DNA from: Blepharisma stoltei ATCC 30299
Taxonomy: Eukaryota > Protista > Ciliophora
DNA: 64,000 nucleotides
Direction: 5' to 3'
Assembly (NCBI GenBank): GCA_965603825.1
Contig: CBFDEM010000053.1
Span: 620,001 to 684,000, forward strand
The notes below the pieces were generated by a model. The model was not told where the DNA came from, searched no databases, and worked only from the letters and a program-made list of their open reading frames with translations. Made by a program: the position numbers and the translations under genes. Shown here piece after piece: positions 47,358 through 58,801 of the stretch (the first letter of the stretch is position 1; each line of letters opens with the position of its first letter).

Positions 47358-48755
47358 CTATTGAGATTTGGATGCTGAAGATACCTTGTTTTTAATCCAT
47401 TGGTTAATCATAAGCACTTCTCTATTTCTTGCATAAATAAGTGACTGAGGGTCTTGAGGTGATGGGCCTCTTAAATCAGTAGCTGTAGAAACTCCATTAA
47501 TTGGTAGCACCAATGAGTCGAAATTAGTCAAATCTGAAAAGCAGCTAGTCTTAAATGGATCTAATGAGCCATAACTGAAGATAAAGTTTGAGTCAAATTC
47601 CAAGGTAGCATTAGCATTCATGGTCATGCCAAAGTTAATCATATTCCACTCTGGCCTTGGATAAACCCCAAATAGCTGGTTGCATGACTGCGCATATGAC
47701 GTATAATTCCATGCGCGGAGTGGGAAAATATCATTTGGAGGTCCATATTGTCCTTCAGGCCACACCATTTCAGTGCAGATTTGGTAGAACCAAGGCAAGC
47801 CATGGTTTGGAGTGTTTTCAATATCATGGCAAGCCAGTCTTCCAGTGTAGTTGTAAAACATATTGGCGACCTCATACATGCCTTGTAGAGTTGTCCAGAT
47901 GTTAATAGGTGCTTGGTTGTATTTAGAAATAATTCCACAGGTGACATTAACTGCCCATGGTGGGAGTGGTCCATACATGTTTGAGATATATGGGTAGTTG
48001 TACTCTGCAATTAGTTTAAACGCAGCTGTGAGGTAGTCTTGGAGCTGGAAAATCTGCAATGGTTCCGCAATAGGCTGACAGGTTTTGAAAACGTTGGAAA
48101 TTGTGTCCCATTGAACTGGCCTCTCAAGCAGGCTTTGCAAGATGTTGAAGCCGAAATTGATGTTGCTGGCACAGCTCGCGTTGACAGCTGCGTAGTCGTT
48201 GGAGGCTGCTCTAGCGTAGCCTGAGCCATTGAGATCAAAAGGAGCGAGGAAAGGAGCTGAGCTTGCAATTGCACCGTCAACTATATGAGGAAACTTAATT
48301 CTGAAGAAAGCTGCCATCATACCTCCATAAACTCCTCCAATTGCGATGACTGGGGTTGATGAGGATGGTCTTACTTGCTGAACTATATCTGCCCAATCCA
48401 ATAAAGCCTGGGTAGTAGTTAGATATAAGAGGTTATAGTTTTTATTACCTGGCTGTGAAACCCCGTAGAATCTATGCTCTATAAAGATCACAGAAGCATT
48501 ATAGTTAGGCTGCAAGAATTGAGTAACCCAACCTGCATTATTATAAGCTTGGTCTATTGGGTTGTTGTCTCCTGTGTACACAAATAATGGACCTGCAGGG
48601 TCGCCTTGAGAAAAAATCGCTTTAATTGTAATAAAACCAGGGTCACCATTGATGTGGTCTAATGGCTCAGAGAAATACATGGTGTTGTAGGTGTAGGCAG
48701 CAGATGTGGCACAAGACAGGAGCCCTGCGACAATGAAAAGAGATGTCAAAGCCAT
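47358..48755 (-). CDS. Secreted S28 (PRCP/DPP7-like) peptidase homolog, predicted catalytically inactive
   Basis: Signal peptide, PLDH, FIEHRFYG.S, QALLD, GGVYGG (normally GGSYGG), GAIASSAP, WFYQICTEM, GSLDP. Confidence 0.9.
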   Translation of the reverse strand: MALTSLFIVAGLLSCATSAAYTYNTMYFSEPLDHINGDPGFITIKAIFSQGDPAGPLFVYTGDNNPIDQAYNNAGWVTQFLQPNYNASVIFIEHRFYGVSQPGNKNYNLLYLTTTQALLDWADIVQQVRPSSSTPVIAIGGVYGGMMAAFFRIKFPHIVDGAIASSAPFLAPFDLNGSGYARAASNDYAAVNASCASNINFGFNILQSLLERPVQWDTISNVFKTCQPIAEPLQIFQLQDYLTAAFKLIAEYNYPYISNMYGPLPPWAVNVTCGIISKYNQAPINIWTTLQGMYEVANMFYNYTGRLACHDIENTPNHGLPWFYQICTEMVWPEGQYGPPNDIFPLRAWNYTSYAQSCNQLFGVYPRPEWNMINFGMTMNANATLEFDSNFIFSYGSLDPFKTSCFSDLTNFDSLVLPINGVSTATDLRGPSPQDPQSLIYARNREVLMINQWIKNKVSSASKSQ

Positions 48756-49492
48756 TTTATTCCACAACAATCAGGATTTTTGTATTTTCGCTTTAGAGTA
48801 GGGGAAATAATTAAAATATGATAATAAACTAAAAATTGTGTATATCAAGAGAAAAAGGTTTTGGGAGATATAAAGAAATTATAAACATTTAAAATGAGAT
48901 ATAGTAGGTCATGTTAATAGATTGAATAGAAATTATATTAGGGTGCATCATTGTTAATCTGAATTATATTCTGCAGATGAAAATTGAAAATCTTTATATT
49001 GATGATTTGCTTATGCATGAAAGTTATATTTACTTTGATAGAATTTTGGTTTCGTTTAGAATCCAAAAATTTTTAGACATTTCACCAGAGCTACTTTTAT
49101 ATCAAAATCTGAGTATCTAACTAATCAAAGAACAAATTATAGTTACCAATTAGAATACAATTGTAGCGGGTGTTAGCATTAGATTGAGATTACTCTAACT
49201 AAATTGATAACTTAGATAAGATCATTTATCATAACATATAATTCACTATCTAAAAAGTTTTAAATTATTGAGTTTCAAAATTTTTGATGCAGAATTTTTA
49301 ATTAAACCTATCTTCATTATTGATTTTGTATCATTTAGAACTTAATCATTCCGAAGCTAAGTAATATTATTTTAATTTAATTTATGTATTTATTGTGATT
49401 TTCCATGCCTTACTTATTAAACATGAATTATTGGCTAAATTAATTTTAAAAATCAATCAAATTATGTTTTAAGATTATACACATAATTTTCT

Positions 49493-50042
49493 TTATTGAG
49501 GAATCACAAAATTGTTTACCTGTTTTTTAAATTCGCTGCTATTTATAGAGTTTTTCTTATTAGACAGTTTTCTCATTCCATACCCTTGGATCAGCTCTAT
49601 GACCTCTGTATGGCCCAATTCTTGAGCAATTAATAGAGGAGTTTTTCCGTCCTACTTATCTAATACCCTATTTTCAGTAATTTCTGGTATAAAATTTAGC
49701 AATATTTCTGTTGTTTTTTTATCTCCTTTGTATGCTGAAATATGCAGAGGAGTTTCATAATTCTTAATAAGGTTTTACGCTATCAATTGAAGATGGATCG
49801 CATCCATGATGAATCATTTCATTGACTAGATTAAAATGACCATACCAGCTAGCTAGATGAAGAAATGTCCAGTCGCTCTGCTTTATATTTACCTGCCTTA
49901 AATGATATTTTTGCCAATTTGGGAATTCTTTTAATAGTTTAATAGCTTCAGGGTTTCCTATTATAATAGCTGTAGTTATATCAGCTAACTATATTTAACA
50001 AACTTTTTTATTTCTCTTTCTTGTTGATATAGCTGATCCCAT
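49493..50042 (-). CDS. Small ankyrin-repeat protein with 3-4 tiny introns; absent from the ORF track
   Basis: MGSAIS start; WTFLHLASWYGH, ETPLHISAYKG, GKTPLLIAQELGH after removing introns 49989-50003, 49878-92, 49763-78 and 49652-66. Confidence 0.85.
49652..49666 (-). other. 15-nt intron
   Basis: gtattagataagtag; in-frame TAG. Confidence 0.85.
49763..49778 (-). other. 16-nt intron
   Basis: gtaaaaccttattaag; restores the frame to ETPLH. Confidence 0.85.
49878..49892 (-). other. Probable stop-free 15-nt intron
   Basis: gtaaatataaagcag; equivalent ankyrin-repeat position to the next two introns. Confidence 0.7.
49989..50003 (-). other. 15-nt intron (GTT donor)
   Basis: gtttgttaaatatag; in-frame TAA and TAG. 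Confidence 0.8.
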
Positions 50043-50564
50043 TTATTTTATTATCATCATTTTTAATTAATTATTTGATATGCAAATCTGACAAGGTTTA
50101 TAAATAATGGCTTTTACAATTGCTTTTAGACAATTTAAAAATATTGGGTATCGATTTGCTTAGAAATAGATTGAAGAGATCATGATTGTTAAGAGAATTA
50201 CTGACATTTTATTAATAGTTGGGAGATTCAATTAAGAATACTTCTGGGATTTAGATTACAATATTTTATTATTAATGCAGAAAAAAAATTTAATCCAAAC
50301 AGATTATAGCATCATATAAATAATAGCATGGTTACCCTTCTATTTAATATACTAATTAAAATAAGATCCTAGTATTTATATATCGCTGTCAATTTTTTCA
50401 TTAAAATGAATTATTTTCAAGCATCTCTAGAAACTATAACTATCCATACTTATTGAATTATAAATTTTATGCCTTAATTTATGAATATTTAAAATCAAAA
50501 TAAGGAAGCTTAAATCACTATTTTTCTATAAGTACATTAAAACGTCATCAATTGAAATATAAAT

Positions 50565-53500
50565 ATGATAGATTCTTTTTATGAGGGCAAGAATGTTTTT
50601 CTGACAGGCTGCACTGGTTTTGTTGGAAAAGTCCTCTTAGAAAAAATCTTATACTCTCTTCCTCGTATAAACAAGGTTTATGTCCTAATTCGAACAAAAA
50701 AAGGCAGTTCAACTGAAGAAAGATTCAAGAAAGAAATCTTCGACTCCCTCTGTTTTGACCGACTTAGAGCTAGAGAGCCTAACTTTGACGAGTTCATGAA
50801 AGAAAAACTAGTCCCAATCGCAGGAGATATGCTAAAAGACGGCCTAGATCTATCCCCAGAAGATTTTCAGGAGCTTACCCAAAATGTTAATATCATCATC
50901 AATTCTGCGGCTTCTGTTGACTTCAACCAGAGACTTGATATGGCTTTACAAATAAATACCTTTGGCAGTTTACGTGTCCTCGCCCTCGGCAAGGCTTGCA
51001 GGAATCTAATATCTTACGTCCAGGTCTCGACTGCCTATGTAAACTGTGACAAAAGAGGCTGGGTCGATGAAAAGTTTTACCCTCTCCAAACCAATCCTAG
51101 GGCTCTTTTAGCAGAATTAGTGGCGATTCCTATAGAAGAAATTGAAAGAAGGACTCCAGGAATTATTGGAAGTTATCCAAATACTTATACTTTTACAAAG
51201 AACTTGGCTGAGCAGCTTATTGCGCTGGAAAGAGAAAATTTGCCGATTTGTGTGGTGAGGCCTTCTATTATTGGCGCGAGTTGGAAAGAGCCAGTTCCTG
51301 GGTGGATTGATTCTGTGTCAGCAGCTGCAACTTTTTATTTAGCTGGAGGATTAGGATTATTGAGAGTTACTGTCGGGAAAAAAAATTATGTGGGTGATCA
51401 AATCCCTGTGGATATTGTAATTAATTCTATTATTGCTGCGTCTGTATTTTTGTGCAAGCCTGGACAAATTTATGCAATGCACGCAGGGTCAAGTGCCAGA
51501 AATCCTATTACTTGGATTTCTGTAACAAATATTGTGCAAGCATACTGACGCAAGAATCCTTCAGAAAAAGCTTTTGGGATTTGCAATTTCAGATTTGTGG
51601 AAAATCCAAAGGTGTATGAAATGGTGAGATTTTTCCAGAGAAAATTACCAATTTGGGCATTTACTAAGTATGCACAGATAACAAAAAGTCCTGGACTCTT
51701 AAAACAAGCAGGCAGATTCAACAAGTTTTTAAGCCGAGAAAAGCTAATTTCAGACTCATTTTCTTATTTCACTTGTAACGAGTGGGTTTTTTCTACACAA
51801 CATTCAGTAGATATGATGAAAATAATGACTGAAGAAGAAAGACAGACTTTTGACTTAGACATTGCCAAAATGGACTGAAGGCTCTATTTATCTAATTTCA
51901 CCTACGGCCTTCAAAGATTTATCTTAAAAGAATACGTCGACACCCCAGTAAGCGAGCACTCCCGAGATCTCGTTTTAGACTACAGAGGCAGCAAGTATTT
52001 TTCGGACGTCAACTGGTCTTTATCTCACGGTGAAATCTTCAAAATCACCAGTTTCAAAGAAATGAAAGGCCTAATATTGAATTCCCAAAGAGTCCAAAGC
52101 GTCATAAAAGAGCTCAACGCCAAAGATCTCAAAGACAAAATTGACCATAGCTACAGAGCTAAATCAATAATCAACAAAATGCTATGTGACATGAGAATGC
52201 CAATGGTCAGATTTTTCGGCTGGGCTTTGCGTAAAATCTGGAGAAGACTCTATGAAAAAATCGTGGTTGACCAAAATTCGTTAAATATGCTAAAAGAGTA
52301 TAGGTCTGATTCTGATGGTCCGTTAGTCTTGATACCTTCCCATAGAAGTTATCTTGATTTCTTAATAGTCTCTTATGTTCTTTTTTCTTATGATATTCGT
52401 GTCCCTTATATAGCAGCTGCAGAAGAATTCAAAAATATTAGAATTATTAATCATCTGTTAAAGATGACAGGAGCATTTTTTATTAGGAGAAAAGTGCAAG
52501 GAGACCCTTTATATGCAGCCATTCTTACTGAGTATATGCATAACTTGTTAAAAGAGCAACAAATTGTGGAATTCTTTATTGAGGGGACCAGAAGCAGGAC
52601 AGGCAAAACTCTTCATCCAAAATTCGGGCTGCTATCAATTTGCACTGAAGCATTTTTTGATAAAAAAGTACCGAACGTTAATTTTGTGCCAGTCACAATT
52701 AATTATGAAAGAGTGCTGGAAGGGGAAACTTTTCCATTTGAGCTGCTAGGAGAAGAAAAAGTAAAAGAATCATTATCAAGAATAATGAAATCATCAAAAA
52801 TTATTAACACAAACCTAGGAAAAATTTTCTTTGAAATTGGAAAACCAATCTCTCTTAAAGACTATATCAAAACAGTTGATCTTGACCCTTACAATAACAA
52901 AGACCACAGAGATATCATTAACCGAAATTTAGGCTATGATATCGTCTATCAAATCCAAGATTTAATTATGGTCATGCCCACCTCCATTGTAGCTTCAGTA
53001 ATGCTGATGCATAGAAGAAAAGTTCTTGAAGACGAGCTTATCGCTAAATCTGAATGAATCAGAGACGAAATCAAAGCAAGAGGCTACAAAGTAGGCATGA
53101 ATGACGGAAGTGGCCAAGGCGCTGTTAGAAATGCAGTTCACCACTTAAGCCAAGCTTTAACCCACAAAAAAGATTTATTTGAGCCAAGCGTGATGATGAA
53201 AACTGACTATAAAAATATTTTACTGATGTCTTATTATAGAAATGCGCTATACCACATTTTCTCAATGGAGTCTGTATGTGCATGTGCCCTTTTCAGCTTT
53301 GGCCAAAAGCTTGCATGGGAAGAAGGCATTAACCAGACGAGGGTTATGGAAGAAATCAGGTTTTTATCGTCAATTTTGGCTTCGGAATTTATTTCAAGAG
53401 AAAATTCTACAAAAGAAACAGCATTTTTAGCGACCTTAGAAAATATGAAAAAAAGAGGGTTTATTGAAGAAATCGGCGATAAATTTAGAATTAAAAAAAC

Positions 53501-53933
53501 AGGGGAACTTGGCATTACATTCTTATGCTCACTGTTATGGCCAATTATAGACAGCTATTGGGTTACTTTGATGTTTACGTTAGCTTTATACACCAGAAAG
53601 AACTTGACCCCTGAAAAGGTGATTCAAAGCATCCAATGGTTTGCAGAAAATATGTATGAGGAAAGGATGCTTGGGTTTTATGAAGCTTGCTCATTAGAAA
53701 ACATGAAAAATGCAGTAAAATCATATGAGATGATGGGGGTCATACAAAAAACAGAAAGAAATGGAGCGACTGTGATTGAGCTGACTGAAAAATATGCTGA
53801 TGAAGCGAGTGTCCAAGAGCTTGTAGATCATGTAGGGAATTTCAGGAAAGCTACACTTACAGGGATTGTGACGCCGAAAGAAGAACTTAGAAGACTTTTA
53901 ATTTCAGAGTTCCCAGAAATGCCAAAACTTTAG
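50565..53933 (+). CDS. Bifunctional fatty acyl-CoA reductase / dihydroxyacetone-phosphate acyltransferase (FARAT type), peroxisomal
   Basis: TGCTGFVGK, YPNTYTFTK (FAR); PSHRSYLD, FFIEGTRSR (GPAT/DHAPAT); C-terminal PKL (PTS1-like). One frame via TGA at 51546, 51876, 53055. Confidence 0.92.
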
Positions 53934-54059
53934 ATTAAGTAATTATCGTATTTAAAATATTGTTCTGACCCTTTATATTTTTAATTTTTAATGATAATAG
54001 TAATAATTTATTATAGTTTAAATTAATTTAAGCGGACTATTTAAATAAAGATACCTATT

Positions 54060-54593
54060 ATGGCAGGATTTAATATATCTAATGAAATTGATCTAGCTGC
54101 TAAAGAAGTTCGCCGGTCTATTGATACCGAGAATAGGAAATATTCATCAAGGAAGCATAAATGCAGGATATTTTTATATGTTTTGTTAGGAATTATGGTA
54201 TTTTCATATGTAAAATTTATGCAGATTCTTGGGATAATTATTGTGCTGAATAAAGATAGTTCTGATTGTAAAAATCCGATAAGAGCCTGGCTCATTATAA
54301 GCGCTATTATATTGACTATTGGGCTTTCAGGTGTAATAATCATTGAAATTGTCAAAGAAAAAAGAATTATAGAGATAAAGATAATTTATCAAGGATTTTA
54401 TTGGATAATTCTATTTTTGCTATTTATATGGATGGCTATTGGCAGTGCTTGACTTTTTAATGACTCAGCTTGTAAAAATGGTAGAGGCTATATAGATTTC
54501 TATTCTGGATGGGCTCTGACCCTTTCACTATTGGTCATAGAGTATTTTATGTTTTTCTTATTTTCGTGCTATTCTATCTGCACATTAATTTAA
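54060..54593 (+). CDS. Small 4-TM membrane protein
   Basis: Hydrophobic helices; TGA=W at 54450-52; probable 15-nt intron 54481-95; TAA 54591-93. Confidence 0.75.
54481..54495 (+). other. Probable stop-free 15-nt intron
   Basis: gtagaggctatatag, consensus match. Confidence 0.65.
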
Positions 54594-54922
54594 GCTTGCT
54601 TCTATTATCTTATTAATTATACAGAATATAGCTAAATGTATCTATTTATAAAAATTTTTAATTAATTAAATTTAAAAGTGGTTTTTATATTATTGAAATC
54701 TCATCTAAGCTATCTTCTATTGCTTTATTCCTTTTTCTCACATGCCAGTATATCTTGAGTCATATCTAAGTTTAAAAAAGCAAATGCAAATAAAGGGAAA
54801 TTCAAAAGGGTCGCTTCAAGCCTACTTTTCTTTGTCAGCCAAATAAGTAAAAATTGAAATCCTGCGAAAAATGCTTTTAATACCGATTTATCATTTTGTT
54901 AATATTCTCTTATTATCCATTT

Positions 54923-55855
54923 CTAATTATCTGAAAATACATTTGCTTTGCAAATCGGGCAATTATTGTGACGCTCCAGCCACAAATCTATGCATTCAGT
55001 ATGATATTGGTGAAAACAAGGGAGACTTTTTATGCCAACACCTATCTGAAAATCTTCCATACAGATTGTACATGATGTGCTCTCGCCTGAGCCTTTGAAC
55101 TGTGAAACTGGCAAACTTTCTCTTTGATTGTTTACTAAATTTGCTCCTTGATTGTTTACTGGAATTTGCCTTGGCCTAGCTCCTGGGCCACTAGATGGAC
55201 GCTGTAAGCCAATTCTATGATAAGGAAGATTAACACGCCCTGGAGGCTGCTCAAGTGGGGCTATTAAAGGATGCTGGCGTGGCTGATTTCTTGGCTGTAC
55301 ATTCAATATTGGGTCATTTCTTCTCAGCTCTAAATTCGGCCTTTGTACAGGTGCTTCGCTATCAACAATTCTTATTGGCAAGTTATTAATAATCCCAACG
55401 CCTTGGCGTATCCTGTCTTTTATTGCCCCAAATAGATTGATTACCGGATGCTGGCTGTCCTCCTGGCTTGCATTATTACTGTATTTTCCTTACGCTATTT
55501 CATCAATTGGAAGCATAATGTCTTTATATCCTTGGTTTCCAGATCCCTGGATTTCTCCTCTTTCAAGGCTATGTGCATATAAATGGTCTTGGAGCTCTGT
55601 GCTGGATATTTGGCGTCTGCATATGCTGCATTGCTCATTGTCTTCTCTTCTGTTTAAAATTTGATTTAACGCTGGGCATTCATTTTGATGATTTATTGTA
55701 GACTCTGCAGAGAGCATCTGATGGCAAAAGTCACATTGGTAATTTTGGGGCCGGCTGCAGCCGTGGCTAAGTAATTGGCTTTCTAGCATTGAAAATCCAC
55801 TAAATAGTGATCACCATAAATCACAAATCACTATCGTCTCTTCATAATTTTCCAT
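54923..55855 (-). CDS. RING-H2 E3 ubiquitin ligase with N-terminal zinc fingers
   Basis: CTICMEDF...LPCFHQYH..CID.WL...CPICK. Three CxxC..H fingers. Introns 55800-14 and 55479-93. Confidence 0.88.
55479..55493 (-). other. 15-nt intron
   Basis: gtaaggaaaatacag; in-frame TAA. Confidence 0.88.
55800..55814 (-). other. 15-nt intron (GTG donor)
   Basis: gtgatcactatttag; splicing creates the CDLC zinc-finger motif. Confidence 0.8.
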
Positions 55856-55880
55856 AATTCAATTTATTAGACAATAAAAT

Positions 55881-56858
55881 ATGAGAGGAAGACCTCCAGT
55901 AGCTCCAACCCAACATTTTGATCTCCCAGAAGAAGACGAAGAAGCCCAAGACACCGTTACTCCAATAGGCCACGCCCACGCTCATTTGCGTCGCAATATG
56001 GACTGCACTCCTCTTGATTGGAGACAATACTTTGACGAATTGATCTGGTTTGGGCCAATTCCTATCTATAAAGCAGGCACTTCAGGCCCAGTCTTCTTAG
56101 CTTTACACGGTGCTGGGCTTTGTTCATTTGGCTATGCCTGTGCAGCAAAACTGCTTAAAAGTGACTGTCGCTTTTTTGCGTTTGATTTTAGAGCTCATGG
56201 ACACAACCAGTTATCAGAAAGTGAATACCAGCTAGACGTAGATACCTTAATAAATGAAACTTTATCAGTTATGGACTATATCCGCAGCATCACAGACAAT
56301 CATCAAATTATCCTTGTAGGACACAGCATGGGCGGGGCTATAGCTTCAAAAGCTGCATTAGAAGACCATAAGCGAGGAAAAGGCGTAATGGGACTAATTG
56401 TCCTTGACGTAGTAGAAGGCTCAGCAATAGACGCATTGCCTCATATGGACAATATTATTAGTCAACGCCCAAGGACTTTTCAGTCACTTGAACAAGCTAT
56501 TCAATGGGCTGTGAACTCAAATACAGTCAAAAATATAGAAAGCGCAAGGATTTCAATGCCTGCACAGGTGGTTGAGGAAAATGGAATTTGGAGGTGGAGG
56601 ACTGATTTGGCTATGACCAGGCAGTATTGGGAAGGATGGTTCCGAGGAATGAATAATGCGTTCTTAGGAGTTGTCGGGCCTAAGCAGCTGATGATTGCAG
56701 GAAGTGACAGAACAGATCGCCAAATGATGATCGCCCAAATGCAAGGGAAGTTTAAACATACTGTCTTGTTTGGCGTTGGACATACAGTCCATGAAGACGC
56801 ACCTGAACAATTTGCAGAACAAGTTCGAATTTTTATATCAACTTTTAAACTCAAATAA
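55881..56858 (+). CDS. PPME1: Protein phosphatase (PP2A) methylesterase 1
   Basis: LHGAG, GHSMGG, LDVVEGSA, WRTDL..T..YWEGWF, QMQGKF, GH.VHED. Confidence 0.93.
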   Translation: MRGRPPVAPTQHFDLPEEDEEAQDTVTPIGHAHAHLRRNMDCTPLDWRQYFDELIWFGPIPIYKAGTSGPVFLALHGAGLCSFGYACAAKLLKSDCRFFAFDFRAHGHNQLSESEYQLDVDTLINETLSVMDYIRSITDNHQIILVGHSMGGAIASKAALEDHKRGKGVMGLIVLDVVEGSAIDALPHMDNIISQRPRTFQSLEQAIQWAVNSNTVKNIESARISMPAQVVEENGIWRWRTDLAMTRQYWEGWFRGMNNAFLGVVGPKQLMIAGSDRTDRQMMIAQMQGKFKHTVLFGVGHTVHEDAPEQFAEQVRIFISTFKLK

Positions 56859-56877
56859 TTCAATTTAGTAATTATAA

Positions 56878-58782
56878 ATGGAACCAAAGAAAGGACTTCC
56901 AACCCAAGCTGAGAAAAACCGGGAACGGCTCAAAAACGCAAGAGACTATCAAATAATGGGAAAAGCCCAACAGATCGACGCAATGGCCCCAGAAGAGATT
57001 TTGAATGAATTGAAAAACAAAAAATTGCCGGTGTTCGGAACTAACAAAGAAAGGGTTGAGAGGCTAAAAAAAGCCCTTGGGATTCCTATACAAGACAGTG
57101 GGTCCAAAAATTCCAATAATGTCTTGAATAATATTGAACAAATTCAGAAAAAAAGAGAAGAAAGAAGAAGGAAGATGGAAGAAGAAAAACTGAATAAAGA
57201 AGAAAGAAAAGCAGAAAACGAAGCCTTGGGGAAGCTAATTGATGTGGATTTTCAAAGGATGGTTGACCAATTTAGGCTGCAAGTCCCACCCCAGCAGCCA
57301 CATGTGCCTTCTTCTGAGTTGAAAATCTGTGTATGTGTGAGGAAAAGGCCGATTTTTCAGAAGGAAGAAAAAAATGGAGAAATTGACGCTTTGAGCTGTG
57401 CGAATCCTGTTATCATGATCCATGAGCCGAAGCTGAGAGTTGATGGAATTACTAAATATTTAGAAAACCATACTTTTCAATTTGATAATACTTATGGAGA
57501 AACCGAAGACACCAAAACAGTCTACGACTCCTCCATAAGACCTCTCTGCCCTTTTATCTTGCAAGGCGGCACTGTAACCTGCTTCGCATATGGCCAAACT
57601 GGCTCAGGCAAAACCTACACAATGCGAGGACTCCAAGAAATGGTAATTTGTGACCTTGATAAACTAGGTAGAGGACAGATTTCCTTTAACATAAGTTTTT
57701 TCGAAATTTACGGTGGCAAATGTTTTGATCTTCTAAATGACAGGTCTAAACTTACAATTCTGGAAGATGGTAATGGAAATATCCAAGTACAAGGCTTAGT
57801 TGAGCACCCAGTTCCTAATAAAGATGAAGTATTGCAGCTAATAGAGTATGGAAACTCAGTAAGGACGACACACGCCACGACTTCTAATGAAGATTCATCA
57901 AGATCTCACGCTATTTGTCAAATTTTACTGAAAAATGGACAAAGAGAACTAGGTAGATTAAGATTGGTCGATTTAGCAGGAAGTGAAAGAGCGCAGGACT
58001 GCATCAGCAATAATAGGCAGAGGAGAATAGAAGGAGCAGAAATAAATAAAAGCCTTTTAGCATTGAAAGAGTGTATAAGAGCACTGAGAGGAGGACCTGG
58101 AGCACATGTACCTTATAGAGGCTCAAAGCTGACTCTGGTGCTTAGAGATTCTTTTGAAGGAGGCTCTGATGAAAAAAAAGTTATTATGATCACTTGTGTG
58201 TGTCCTGGACATTCAAGCTCTGATCATACTATCAACTCACTTAGATATGCAGATAGGCTAAAAGAACAAGTAGTAGCAAGCCAAGTGAATCAGTTTCAGC
58301 CTAAACCTGAGCCAGCAAAGCCACAGCCTAAAAAGAACCCTCAGCCAGCTTCACAAGTCCAGCCAACTCCACCTAAAAAAAGAGACGAAAAACCTGAAGT
58401 AGCCGACAAATTCAGGAAAAGCTTCAGAGACATGGAATACATACAAAAGCAAGAAGAAGACAAAATGAGCTTAGAAATGCTTAACCTCCACGAAAAAGTG
58501 GAAACTATTTTAGAAGAAGAAGAGGAGCTCTTAGAAACCCACGTCCACGCCATAAAAGAAGACGCACAAATTTTAACTGAAGAAGGAGAATTAATTTCAA
58601 TGGCCCAAGGGGATGCTGATTATGATATTGACACATATGTCCAACGAATGGAAATTCTGGTGAAGCATAAATTGACAGTATATCAGAACTTGTATCAAAA
58701 ATTGGCTGCATTTAAGGCACATTTAAATGAAGAGGAAGAGTTTTCAAACCATATGACGCAAAACCTTAAGAAAAAGTTTTAA
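56878..58782 (+). CDS. Kinesin-13 with N-terminal SAP-like domain
   Basis: ICVCVRKRP, TCFAYGQTGSGKT, SSRSH, DLAGSE, EGAEINKSLLALKEC; internal motor with neck. Confidence 0.93.
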   Translation: MEPKKGLPTQAEKNRERLKNARDYQIMGKAQQIDAMAPEEILNELKNKKLPVFGTNKERVERLKKALGIPIQDSGSKNSNNVLNNIEQIQKKREERRRKMEEEKLNKEERKAENEALGKLIDVDFQRMVDQFRLQVPPQQPHVPSSELKICVCVRKRPIFQKEEKNGEIDALSCANPVIMIHEPKLRVDGITKYLENHTFQFDNTYGETEDTKTVYDSSIRPLCPFILQGGTVTCFAYGQTGSGKTYTMRGLQEMVICDLDKLGRGQISFNISFFEIYGGKCFDLLNDRSKLTILEDGNGNIQVQGLVEHPVPNKDEVLQLIEYGNSVRTTHATTSNEDSSRSHAICQILLKNGQRELGRLRLVDLAGSERAQDCISNNRQRRIEGAEINKSLLALKECIRALRGGPGAHVPYRGSKLTLVLRDSFEGGSDEKKVIMITCVCPGHSSSDHTINSLRYADRLKEQVVASQVNQFQPKPEPAKPQPKKNPQPASQVQPTPPKKRDEKPEVADKFRKSFRDMEYIQKQEEDKMSLEMLNLHEKVETILEEEEELLETHVHAIKEDAQILTEEGELISMAQGDADYDIDTYVQRMEILVKHKLTVYQNLYQKLAAFKAHLNEEEEFSNHMTQNLKKKF

Positions 58783-58801
58783 TTCCTAAATAAAAATAAA
58801 T

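Noticed and set aside
48999-49112. TGATGA...CTGA pair as another C/D snoRNA
   Set aside because: No convincing internal C'/D' boxes or shared flank; compatible with chance in AT-rich DNA.
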